A stretch of 63,248 nucleotides of DNA, the filler included, from Octopus bimaculoides (taxonomy: Eukaryota), in assembly GCF_001194135.2 (NCBI RefSeq). It is 9 parts of 8 records of this genome, joined end to end, with 100 filler letters (N's around TTAATTAATTAA, not from the genome) between each part and the next. Parts side by side here need not be neighbours in the genome. Positions count along the whole stretch, not along the records: positions 52,040 to 53,527 come from NC_068986.1; positions 53,628 to 56,827 come from NW_026344560.1; positions 56,928 to 63,248 come from NC_068983.1; 6 more parts are not named here. One strand, written 5' to 3'. The notes beneath the pieces are model-generated. The model was not told the DNA's origin and made no database searches. It saw only the letters and a list, made by a program, of their open reading frames with translations. The position numbers were made by a program, and so were the translations under genes. Positions 51,940 to 63,248 of this stretch are shown in pieces. Each line of letters starts with the position of its first letter. Position 1 is the stretch's first letter.

Positions 51940-53627
51940 NNNNNNNNNNNNNNNNNNNNNNNNNNNNNNNNNNNNNNNNNNNNTTAATTAATTAANNNNN
52001 NNNNNNNNNNNNNNNNNNNNNNNNNNNNNNNNNNNNNNNACATTCATGAAGTCTAGCTCGTAATATGATTCACATATGCAATAACATACTCTTCTGCACT
52101 CGTTTTTGCATTTGCAGATACACGTAAATATGCATACATATGTATATATGTGATGTGTATCTATATATATATATGTGCGTGTATATTTGTGTGTGTGTGT
52201 ATGTTTAGTAATTGTTGGTACATCCAAACAATGGTTTATCATTGGTGTTCAGGGATCTGGACAAAGTGGTACTCAGTGGATTTCTCAGTTGTTGAGTAAG
52301 CAGCCATTGTAAAGCTCTTATGATAATAGTCGTATCTATAAGGCTGCATACCATGGAACATTGAAAACAAAACTGATAACAAACTTACACACGCGTGTAC
52401 ACGTATTCACAAACGTTTGCACACAAAGTGTATTCATTGTTGGCATTTATTTTTATATAAAAAATGCCAAACGAATGAGCAAGTTACTATAGCTCTATGC
52501 ATCATACAATAAATATAAAATTTCTATTTCTCTTTACTTCCAAAAGAGCAATGTAAATGTATGTATTCGTGCATGTTGATAAGATTATATAAGCGCCATT
52601 TATTCTAAACTATTATGCATGCAAGTTCGTTTGTATGTATGTATGTATGTGTGTATGTATGTATATATGTATGTATGTACGTATTTGTTTATGTATGTAT
52701 ATTTTACGTAAGTATATATATGTGGGGCCTATTTGATGTATTTTATGTTTGTGTTGTTATCAATATAAACCATACAAAATAAGCGTTTTTGTAAACCTTT
52801 GTGTGTATGCATGTGTATGCGCACATAGTAATAATGTGTACTGCTTTATATTCACCCTTACACATGCAGCTTTAAATATAAAACTTAAGATATTAAGAGA
52901 AAAGCTATGCAAATAATTTAGTAAACCAATTTATGTATTAATTTAGAAAGAAGTTCAACAAAAGTAATATAATACACCACATGCCCAAATAACATTTTAA
53001 AAAGTAATCACTCTACAAAACGTAAAATATGAATCACATGCATTATTTGACTGAACAGGAAAAGGCGATAACAAAAACTCCATGTTTCATGACAGCATCA
53101 TGGATGAAATCTTAAGCAAAAATGAGCTGATATAATATATTGGAAAAACCTAATTAAAAATTGTATTGTTAGTATGAAACCTAAAGTCACTGACCTGCTT
53201 ATTAAATTTCAGATGACGAATATAATTTACTAATTTATATGACATTGTTATTTTTATTTGTGGCCTCGACAAATGAAGAAAGACATTATTTTTCACTCGT
53301 GCAAGAGGTATCATTAGATCGGATATCTATGGGATAGAAGTGCCAAATAGCTTATTTAAACAGGTTTACCTCTTATGACCGAAGAAGTTTCTGTGATATA
53401 ATTTGAAGGTGAAATGGTTGTTATTTCTAACTATTCGACATCGAGAATCTATATCGTTGCTCTTTGCTTTCAGGTACATACAGGAAAGATGTAAACATCA
53501 TAGCACGGACTATTTCTATTTCTTTTGNNNNNNNNNNNNNNNNNNNNNNNNNNNNNNNNNNNNNNNNNNNNTTAATTAATTAANNNNNNNNNNNNNNNNN
53601 NNNNNNNNNNNNNNNNNNNNNNNNNNN

Positions 53628-53730
53628 TCTGCAGAATCAGTATTGCGACGGGAGGTTTGTACCCATCTCTACATTCTGAGTTCAAATTCCGCCGAAGTCG
53701 ACTTTGCTTTTCATCCTTTCGGGGTCTAAG
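53628..53730 (+). mobile_element. SINE family A fragment
   Basis: ttctgagttcaaattccgccgaagtcgactttgcttttcatcctttcggggtc. Confidence 0.8.
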
Positions 53731-55212
53731 AATTTGACTCCCAACCCACAACTAAGTCTTAAGTGTATATATATATGGGCCACACACACACGCACACACA
53801 CTAAATAAAAAAATGTTAGAAAGTAAAAGTGTTTTTAAAAAGATTGTTAAATTTTCAGATTAACACCGGCACGATTTTCACTACAGTGTTAGGGTTAGGG
53901 TTAGGACGAAAAAGTGGAAAATGTGGATTTCTATAAACTTTTGAAAAAGCTTCACACAGATACAGAACTTCAGCATTATATATTAAGATGGGAAACACAC
54001 ACACACTAAATAAAAAAAATGACAGGTATTTGTATGTATGTGTGTATTAACGTGTATTCTGTGTCTATATATATATGGTAGTAAGTAAATGTGTTTTAAG
54101 AAAGATATTAAAAAAACTCAGTTTGTAATGTATAAATGTTTGACTGTCGATCGTATTTGGAAGAGACTGACAGATATTTGTACGTATGTGTTTATTTGTA
54201 TGTATGTGTGTATTTGTACGTATGTATGAGTGTGTATTAAAAAACATCTATATTTACACTTTAAAGTTGGTTTTCACTATTTTTTGTTGTTGTTATCATG
54301 GTGAAGGACGAGTTAGAAATAACTTACAATTCTCGCCAATTAGAATGAGATATGTATGTATATATGTATGTAGTATTAAAATGAAACCATTAAAGTGAAA
54401 CTATCTGTCATTACACTATCGAAATGTGATTGTTTCAGTTTTGATACTGAAATAGTTTTCTTTTACTGTCAGTGTTTCTCCTTCCTTTCTTTTTGTATCT
54501 GTTGTTGGATTGTTTGTAAAGGTTCATAAGAGAAAGTAGGAGTTGAAAGGATTTGTAAAGGTAGTAGAAAGAAGAAATTAGATTTTATTAGGGGGTAAAA
54601 TGTTTACTTGTGTAGTTTAATGGATTTTATTCGTTATTAGGAATTATTTTGAGTGAAAAAATGACAGTGACCTAACAAATTGTATTTAGAATATTAATTC
54701 CGATTCTTTAATCCAAGAAATTTGGAATTGTACAAATTTATGAATTTTAAACATATACACACACACACAGAAAATCTGCCTTTTATAGATAAGATATATT
54801 GATATATATATATTTATAGATAAGATATATATATATATTTGTGTGTGTGTGTGTATGTGTATATAAACTTACTTGGAAATGGATGCGTGGCGTTCAATCA
54901 TATAATAATATAAATAAAATATATATATATGCATATATACATGCTTACATATGTAAGTGAGTACGTTAATTGCTCAAAATGTGGATTAGGTGAACAGCCG
55001 ACAACTGATGAAGGGTCATTCTTTATGTTACCTGTCTTGTTCTCCATTATTTCTCTCATTGTTCGCATAGCGAAGTTTACCCTCATATTTCATGTTGTTT
55101 TTGTAATTCAGGTTGTTTATGTTTTGTGACGTCCTGTGCCCATATATGCATTTATGTATACATACATATGTAAGTATGTACAATATACGTATGTATATAT
55201 GCATATATATAT

Positions 55213-55262
<50 letters not shown>

Positions 55263-55264
55263 TG

Positions 55265-55788
55265 AAGTTTGCCAACATAATGTGTAGTCCTATACAAGGA
55301 CGATGTTACTGTCATGTAGCCTCGGGAAAACATCTTTTCCAGTAGGTTACCAGCACACAGTTTGTGCCCGTATAGTACATGCGAGGGAGGTCATCACTCC
55401 CATGTCTAGCTTTAAGTGATACTCACAGACCTAGGTTTCTGGGTAGTTACCTATCATCAGTGTGAGAAAAATCATCGGCTAGTGATGAAGGCTCTCTCCA
55501 CTTACTAATACCATATATTTTTTAAGCAATGCACAACCAATGATTTCCTAAAAAGATAAACAACTTGTTTTAAATCTCTGAGTGAGAGATATAAAGTAAC
55601 AGTACCGAATAGTAAAGTTTATTTACCAACATAATGTGGCAGTCCTATACAAGGATGATGTTGCTGTCATTTAGCCACAGGGAAACATCTTTTCCCATTG
55701 GCTACCGGCATACAGTTTATGCCCGTATAGTATATGCAAGGAAGGTCATCGCTTCAATCTCTAACCTTATGTGATACTCACAGACCTA
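55265..55788 (-). mobile_element. Hammerhead-delimited 355-bp tandem unit (1.5 copies), pLTR/retrozyme-like
   Basis: 55265-55433 is repeated with divergence at 55615-55788; equivalent GTC cleavage triplets at 55428-30 and 55783-85. Confidence 0.7.
55422..55466 (-). ncRNA. Minimal type I hammerhead ribozyme
   Basis: Minus strand CTCACA-CTGATGA-taggtaactaccca-GAAA-CCTAGGT-C-TGTGAG: 6-bp stem I, ACCTAGGT palindromic stem III, GUC triplet; stem II has one mismatch. Confidence 0.75.
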
Positions 55789-55810
55789 TATATATATACG
55801 TATAAAACAT

Positions 55811-56067
55811 AAAAATAAATGCGCCCTTGTAAAGCCTAGCCAGGCTCATGAGCCCGGTATCCAGGTTTCAATGGCGTATGTGTTCCCTAGCTGAACGGGA
55901 CGCCAGTCCATCGCAGCGTTACTCCTTTTTGCCAGTTGAGTAGATTGGAGCAACGTGAAATGAAGTGTTTTGCTCAAGAACACAATGCGTCACCCAGCCC
56001 AGGAATCGAGACCACAATCTTACGATCATGATGCTGACATCCTAACCACTAAGCCGTGCGCCTCCAC
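55811..56067 (-). mobile_element. tRNA-derived SINE with D-like head and gcgatggactggcgtcccg central motif
   Basis: A box ggcttagtggttagg, B-box-like ggtctcgattcc; central motif resembles conserved V/Meta-type SINE domains (from recall). Confidence 0.7.
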
Positions 56068-56102
56068 ATACACACACGCGCGCGCGTGTGTGTTTGTGTA
56101 TA

Positions 56103-56464
56103 CTCTTTACTCTTTTACTTGTTTCAGTCATTCACCTGCGAGCAAATCGACCCCAGGACTTATTCTTTGTAAGCCTAGTACTTATTCTATCGATCTCTTT
56201 TAACGAACTGCTATGTTACGGGGATGTAAACACACCACCATCGGTTGTCAAGTGATGTTGAGGGGACAAATACAGACACACAAACACACATATACATATA
56301 TACGACGGGCTTCCTTCAGTTTCAGTCTACCAAATCCACTCACAAGGCTTTGGTCGGCCCAAGGCTATAGTAGAAGACACTTGACCAAGGTGCCACGCAG
56401 TGGGACTGACCCCGGAACCATGTGGTTGGTAAGCAAGCTCTTACCACACAGCTACTCCTTCGCC
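56103..56464 (-). mobile_element. Near full-length SINE family B/C
   Basis: Family head and tail in reverse orientation. Confidence 0.9.
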
Positions 56465-56573
56465 TATATATATATATATATATGGGAGAATATACAAATA
56501 ATAACAACAGACGAGGACAGGTGGTGTAAATAACAAAAGTATATATTAGTATGACGCTCGGGAATACGGAAAG

Positions 56574-56610
56574 TCTTTGACGTTTCGAGCTACGCTCTTC
56601 AACAGAAAGA
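56574..56610 (-). ncRNA. Minimal hammerhead-like motif, CUGUUGA core variant
   Basis: Minus strand TCTTT-CTGTTGA-a-GAGC-gta-GCTC-GAAA-CGT-C-AAAGA: perfect stems I and II, ACGT palindrome, GUC triplet. Confidence 0.65.
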
Positions 56611-57081
56611 ATACGGAGACAAGGAGAAAAACACGATCATGATGCTGACATCCTAACCACTAAGCCGTGCGCCTCCACATACACACACGCGCGCGCGTGT
56701 GTGTTTGTGTATACTCTTTACTCTTTTACTTGTTTCAGTCATTCACCTGCGAGCAAATCGACCCCAGGACTTATTCTTTGTAAGCCTAGTACTTATTCTA
56801 TCGATCTCTTTTAACGAACTGCTATGTNNNNNNNNNNNNNNNNNNNNNNNNNNNNNNNNNNNNNNNNNNNNTTAATTAATTAANNNNNNNNNNNNNNNNN
56901 NNNNNNNNNNNNNNNNNNNNNNNNNNNGGTGTCTAATTTTATCGAAGTCTTGTGGCGAACATTTAAGTTATAATAAGGTAAACAAACCAGCACCAGATAT
57001 AAACTGGAGATTGCTGTAAACTTAATGAAACCAACAGATTAGTGTTCCTGGAGACGATGTAGCCGAAATATTCGTTTTTAC

Positions 57082-57262
57082 TCTAAGCACAAGGCCCGAA
57101 ATTTTTGGTGATGGGGGCAGTCGAATAGATCGACCCCAATACGTAACTCGTACCTAATTTATCGACCGCTAAAGAATGAAAGAAAAAGTCGACCTCGGCA
57201 GAATTTGAACTCACATCGTAAAGACAGACGAAAGATCGCTAAGCGTTTCGCCTGCCATGCTA
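57082..57262 (-). mobile_element. SINE family A
   Basis: gcacaaggcccgaaatttt...tcgacccc...aaagtcgacctcggcagaatttgaactc. Confidence 0.8.
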
Positions 57263-57914
57263 ATTTTGTACCAGATGGTCGTCTTGAGGTAGCTGACATA
57301 TCACTACAATAAGAATGATAATACATTCGAAACGGATGTCTAATACACTAAAATATTTTGAGTATGATAAAAAGAGTGTAATGAAAGAGACGCAGACATT
57401 TACACGTAAGATAAATTTTCAAAAGTGAATTCTTTTTTATGAACACTACAAAATAAACACTAAGAAGAAATGTAATTAAACACAGAAATAACGGAAGACA
57501 TTTTTAGTTAAATTTCAAATGGTTTGAGCGGCACTGAAATTCACGGCGCAGTGAAGTAGAAAGACAATTTAAAAATAAAGAAAATACGTATGATATAAAC
57601 ATTTTGAAGTATACGAAAAACAAAAGTTTAGAATATATATCAAAAGACTTAAAATGAAAAAAATAAACTTAATAAATGTCCTGATTGGCTGTTTCTACGT
57701 GAATTCAAAAACTTCGATAAGTAGTACGCGGAAAATATTAAGGATATATTGTACGATATATTTCAACAAAATTCTTTGTTAAAGAATATATTTAGAATTA
57801 TAAACATTTATGTTGTGGTCTCACCTCATATTTGGATATATGTTTAGGATTCTTAATCACGTAGCCCATCGACTACATTTATAACAGTTCTTACAAAATG
57901 TAGTAGAACTAAAA

Positions 57915-59035
57915 AAAGTTATTTTTTAATCTAAAATATAATCTTCTTCATATTCTACAATGTTCTTCCATCTATCTGGTAGACTTGCAAGGACTCTCTT
58001 CCAATATTCACTTATCCGTCACGAAAAAGTCTCCTCTTGTACTCTTCTGACCTCCTCAACAGAATTCATATTTTTTCCGTCCATATGATTTTCAAGACTG
58101 CGAAACAAATTATAATCAGATGTGGAAATGTCCAGCGAATATAGTGGGTGGCGCATCATTACCCATCCAAACTGCTCCAGCCTTTGGAATGTCATTCTCG
58201 CTATATATTGCCGAGCATTAACTTGACAAATGTACACCTTTCGACTTGAAACTAATGGCAGTCAATTTCCTTCTAACGCTGATTCAAGCCGTTCAAGCTA
58301 CTCGCAGTAGATTTCCTTTATCATTTGGGTTTAAAAGTCCATAGTGGATTAAATCTTTCATATCCTAAGAAACAGATAACAACACCTTACGTGGTGAAAA
58401 TCTTTTTTAGCCTGGGGTGCCGGTCTTTCTTCTGTCTCTACCCACTGTTTTCGGTGTTTCACACTTTTATAGGGAACACATTTCTCGTCACCAGTCACTA
58501 TTCGTGCAAAAAAGTTTCATTCGCGAGTAAAGAAGAGTTCACATTATCTCTGTGTGTGATTAGACTCGGAATGTTTGTGAGGTACCTACTGACTCAATTT
58601 GCTGAAGTTCCCGATGGCACGCAGTTGTCGATGAACGGTTGACTGATGAAATTCAAACATCTCTGCAAGTTTCTCAACAGGTTCGATGGGATTTTGTCCC
58701 ACCTGGATTTGCAGGCGTGGTTGTCTAGCTCTACAGATCTTCCAGGACGAGGCTTGTGTTCTATGCTGTAATTTCCGGCTTTTATTTTCTGGAACCACCT
58801 TTCACATTGTCCTACGCGTATTGTCCGATCCTCATATGCTGCATTAATATTCCTCGCACTTTCCGTTGCGTTGTTCCCTGTATTGGACTTGAAGCAAGAT
58901 AAGCCGAATATGCTCCTTTATCACTTCCATTATGACTTTAAAAAATTACTGTTAAAATCGAACTGCACCATTCAAACCTTGCTCCGGCTTGCTCTGACTT
59001 TTAGTTCATGCAATTGAAGATAAGCACATTATTTA
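57915..59035 (-). mobile_element. Second mariner relic, same family as 29466-30524
   Basis: Collinear DNA similarity; HPLYSLDISTSDY and HQSTVHRQLRAIG motifs. Confidence 0.85.
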
Positions 59036-59087
59036 CCGTCGTTACTATTATCAGCAAAAATTATTCACCATAAATCATATTCCTCTG

Positions 59088-59295
59088 GGCGCAAGGCCCG
59101 AGATTTTTGGGGAGGGGTGGGCAGTCGATTAGATTGACCTCAGTATACAACTAGTACTTAATTTATCGATCTCGAAAGGAGGAAAGGCAAAATCAACTTC
59201 GATGGAATTTGAAATTAGAACGTAAAGACCGACGAAATACAGTTAAGCATTTCGCCTGGCATTATAACGATTCTGGCAGCTTGCTGCTTCACCAT
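59088..59295 (-). mobile_element. SINE family A
   Basis: gcgcaaggcccgagatttt...gaaaggaggaaaggcaaaatcaac...gaatttgaa. Confidence 0.75.
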
Positions 59296-59379
59296 AGATA
59301 GTACTGGCAGTAGTAGCAGCTTATTTCGAATGTAAACATTCGAATGTTTTTGCTTTTACATGTATAAATTCATATACAT

Positions 59380-59399
59380 GTATATATATATATATATAT

Positions 59400-59468
<69 letters not shown>

Positions 59469-59471
59469 TAT

Positions 59472-59522
<51 letters not shown>

Positions 59523-59545
59523 TATAGATAGATAGATAGATAGAT
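59380..59545. repeat. (TA)/(TAGA)/(CAGA) compound microsatellite
   Basis: Directly visible. Confidence 0.95.
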
Positions 59546-60299
59546 TATAGTGTGTATGTGTGTTGTTTCTACTTATTCCTGTAATGTGTAAACTCTAGAA
59601 CCCAGTATTTACTCTATCTGGAAACATTTTGCTACCGAAAAATATTTGATTCTGCAAAGGTTGTTGCTCAATTTCTCCGCCAGCATCTTCGTATTTTACA
59701 TCCATATTCAACTAATGTAGATTTACCTCTTACAGGAGGAGTTGCATTGTTACCCGAGAAAATAAGGTCTTGTGGGATGACATTTTTTATGAGGTGTGGC
59801 TGACAAGAGAGCGAAAATATAACAGCTTCTCTTTTTCATCTTTACTAAGTATTTCATATGGCATCGAAAGCAAACGTTCAAAGTTATTAAATTTTGTCTC
59901 CACCGCCTTCACTTTCCCTTAGAAAATGTTATTCTTTGTGGTAACCTGGAAGCCTCTACTCTGACTGACCTGTTTTTTGGTCTTGAAAAAATAAACGTGT
60001 GTTTAGCGATAGTATCCCTCACTCAATACCTTAGAGCAGCAGTACAATAAATATGTACCCTCCTTCAATAAACTTCATATAATTAGCTTGCATACACTGA
60101 TAAGGAATTCCCAGATCCTTCAATCAAAAACTCAGTTATCTGGGGTTTTCACTTCAGTCAACCTGCCAGGTGATATTTGCATACAGAGATTCATTCTACT
60201 TGCATTTATATTGTTTTAGAATTTCGAATTATGCGGGAATACAAATATCGAAATTTAACTTGCAACAGAAATATTGATTTCAAATTTTAGTACACAAGA

Positions 60300-60466
60300 C
60301 CAGAACCTTTGACTCAAGGGCTAAGTTAGCGCTTATTTTGCTAATCCCCTAAAGGATGAAAGGTAAAGTCGAACTAGGCAGAGTTTGCACTCAGAGCACA
60401 AAGAGAGGCAAAATGCTTCACAACACTCCGCCTGGATCGCTAAAGGTGTTGCCAGCTCGCCGCCTT
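60300..60466 (-). mobile_element. SINE family A, decayed
   Basis: aaaggatgaaaggtaaagtcga...gccagctcgccgcc. Confidence 0.7.
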
Positions 60467-61559
60467 CCCAGTAGATTAATCTTTATAAATCTAATATGAA
60501 TAAAATGATATATAATAGGTTATTCATATCATGAAAGTATAGTAGTACATAAGTAATTATTTTTATACCCAAAATAATATTGTATATCTCGGGAGCATAG
60601 TTGTACCGCAGCTGTCATTTAAATTAAAAATCAATAAAAATCCAACGAATGTTTGATTATAATGGATTTGAAGTCATTTAAAAGCGAAAAGTGTATCATA
60701 ATATGCCTCATTAACAAAACATACAACTCAAGTATAGTACGAGAAATCTTGAAATAAGTTTTAATAATAATAGATCATGCGAACAAAAATGGCAATTAAT
60801 TGGTGCCTACAGAAAAAAATATAGTTGTATAGCTTCTCGAGGAAATACTTTGCATTTGTGATTTAAAAAAGAATTGAATATGTTTACTAGAACCTTTCTA
60901 AAATTCCCAGCAAACTGGAATCATTTCATTGCTGTAAAAATAATATAAAATCGTGTTCGAACTCTATTCATTGTTATATTACTCTATGCATATTTTCCCT
61001 CAAACTGCTCGACCTCTAGATATAAGCATTTCTACTAACATAAAAACAAAACCACTGTTAACATTTACGCTTAAGGGTCTTTATATTAAGAGATCAATAC
61101 GTATGCAATCATTAGGAACGATTGAAAAATATCTGTTTTCATTAGTTAATTCTTGTGGAAGAAATTATCTATAACTACATGTTTGTGGGTTTGAAAGAGG
61201 TGCATTTGTATATATATATATATATATATATATATACCGTATATATACCGCATATACTTGTGTAATAGTCTATCCCATGTAAAACTCGACCCACTATTTT
61301 TGGTCAAAAATTGATAATGTTCCCCAGACTCGTATAAAAGTCGACCCTAGTATTTCACGAACAACAGGACAACATTTGTGGGGCAAGATATCATATTATC
61401 CAATACAACATTTTGTGACCTGCTTTATACGTGGAATGCTTGGTGCTTATAATGGAATAATCGTTGCTTATAGTACAACATCATTAAATAGCGAGCACTA
61501 CATATCTGTTGATGGGTGCTACAACACCATTACTAAAATGTATGCACAGGATATGCTGC

Positions 61560-62480
61560 AAACATATTTCTATTTCACTTCTGCGATCTCGATTTCACTT
61601 GCTCTTGTTAATTTTTCAAGTGCAAACAAAGTCTTACAGGGTCTCTTTCCATGATACTTGACATCCGAGTACCAATTTCAAAATCCTTCCTATCCTCAAT
61701 AGAACAGTTTTCTGAGTATATACCACTTCATGTGGATCCCAAGTTCATGTAGTTCTGTTGGGTCAATTTCTGTGTGACTTCCTTCATCTATTTGATTTTC
61801 CTCTGCTTTAGTGTTTATGGTTGGTTCAAAGATTATTTCACTTTGCTTATTAGTTACATTAGCTCTTGCATTATTGTATTTTCACCAGCCCTGGGTTGGT
61901 CTATAGTTATTTCCTCTGTAGTATCTTCTTTAGCTGCAGCTTCGTTAGTTTTATCCCTTACTGATTGTTTAATTTGGTCAGTCTCCAATTCAGTTAGTAA
62001 TTACTTTCTTATAATGTTTCTTCGAACGTCGGCAAGTTTGCTACTGTCTATGTAGGGTCTTACGTCAAGGTGTTTCTGTTTCCAGTTTAAGTAGTTTTGT
62101 ACAGTATCAGATTTATTTGTGGGGGAAATATATGTCATGGAAGAAAGCCGTAAGAATTTCTTTATTATCTCATCTACGCCATTTTGCATTTTTTTTCGTT
62201 TGGTCATTTGATGACGAGCATGGATGGCCATCTGTTGGAATATTACTGTTGTGGGGTATTCCAGCTCCTGTGTTTCGGGAAGAGTTGAAACAGTAGCTGA
62301 TTTTTCGCATCGAATCTCGTTCATCATTCGAGTATGTGGTCCTTGGTGTTCCGACCGATGAGCAATCTACTTTGTATTTTGCCTTGTTATCATTGAGGAA
62401 TGACGAGCCTTGGACGTTGACGTTAAGGGGCGGATCTGTCTGATTAGAGTTAATGTTTTGAGACAACACCGTCTCCAATT
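61560..62480 (-). mobile_element. N-terminal region of an R4/Dong-type ORF, decayed
   Basis: NWKQKHLDVRPYIDSSKLADVRRNIIRK resembles the recalled R4/Dong N-terminal motif Y.D..KLA.VRR.I. Confidence 0.55.
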
Positions 62481-62924
62481 ACTCGTAACATAGCTTCTTA
62501 TGTCAAACAGATCTGTATTCGTCTGTGTTTTTTTTTTTGATAGATTTATCTCCCGGCATAGTTTTTTTGTGGTGTTTTTAAACTTATGAATTGTTCACTC
62601 TCTCTGCGTTAGTTTTTAAAAAAAATGAGTTTGTTTTCTTGTTTTTGCTTCGTTTGTGACACGTGTTTTCATATGATTGAATGTGTGTCATGTAAATTTC
62701 AAGTAGTTGTGTAAACATTCTGATGTATGTGTATTCCTATGGGTATTAACATGTATATATATGAGTATGTAGACATTCGAATGTATGCATAACTACATAA
62801 TTTAAGTACTTACTGTTTTGTTCCATCTATATTTTATAATTTGTAAACTTTCCGGTGTTGATTTCACGTGTGTGTTTCGCACGTTTTTCAATGAGACATC
62901 GTGCGTATGAGAAACTATGCTTTG

Positions 62925-63225
62925 TATGGAAGCAAATTAGGATCAGTGGGGACAGGCAGTCCCATTCGAAGATGTCTCTCCCTGATTTCTACTGTCCCTA
63001 AACTTCTTCCGTATACTATCAGGTCCGTCCTTCCACTCACCATCCTTTTTCCAAGCAATCGCTCAACATTCGAAACAATACCAAACAGGTTCATTCATTT
63101 CATAATCCAAGAATGTGGGATCATATCTTACGCCTTACGACAATCGATCCACAACATGGCGAAGTTACTTTTCCTCCTACTGCAGTCTCTAAGAACAGTT
63201 TTGTCAATCAGGAGTTGATCTGCAC
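62925..63225 (-). pseudogene. R4/Dong RT fragment
   Basis: Minus-strand translation DQLLIDKTVLRDCSRRKSNFAMLWIDCRKA*DMIPHSWI...GTVEIR; homologous to the RT at 25725-26315. Confidence 0.8.
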
Positions 63226-63248
63226 TTACGCTATATATATATATATAT

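Noticed and set aside
53889-53905. TTAGGG repeats as an interstitial telomere
   Set aside because: Fewer than three units and embedded in a probable transposon fragment.
56633-56827. Exact 195-bp duplicate of 56022-56216
   Set aside because: Identical and ends at a gap edge; most likely a contig-end or haplotype assembly artefact.

Overview
This is eukaryotic, AT-rich, microsatellite-dense, non-genic DNA from a gapped draft assembly. The SINE families, the abundance of Dong/R4 LINEs and the (TA)/(CA)/(TAA) density point to an octopus (coleoid cephalopod) genome; that is inferred from recalled repeat consensi, not from a search. No intact host gene is recognisable, and almost every ORF in the track is microsatellite or N-run translation. 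The window holds dozens of tRNA-derived SINE copies from several families and several R4/Dong non-LTR retrotransposon relics (RT plus restriction-like endonuclease), including a near-full-length decayed copy at about 24.6-27.9 kb. It also holds a CR1/L2-type RT fragment, a Penelope-like RT fragment, two mariner relics, a mariner MITE, a maT/Tc1-type fragment and a hAT (Buster/Charlie-like) relic. The most interesting signal is absent from the ORF track: a set of minimal type I hammerhead ribozyme motifs with palindromic stem III, belonging to several different short repeat families. The best are at 11309-11444 (+) and 55422-55466 (-). The latter delimits a 355-nt tandem unit, the layout of Penelope pLTRs and non-LTR retrozymes. 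The TTAATTAATTAA 12-mers inside the N runs are assembly linkers.
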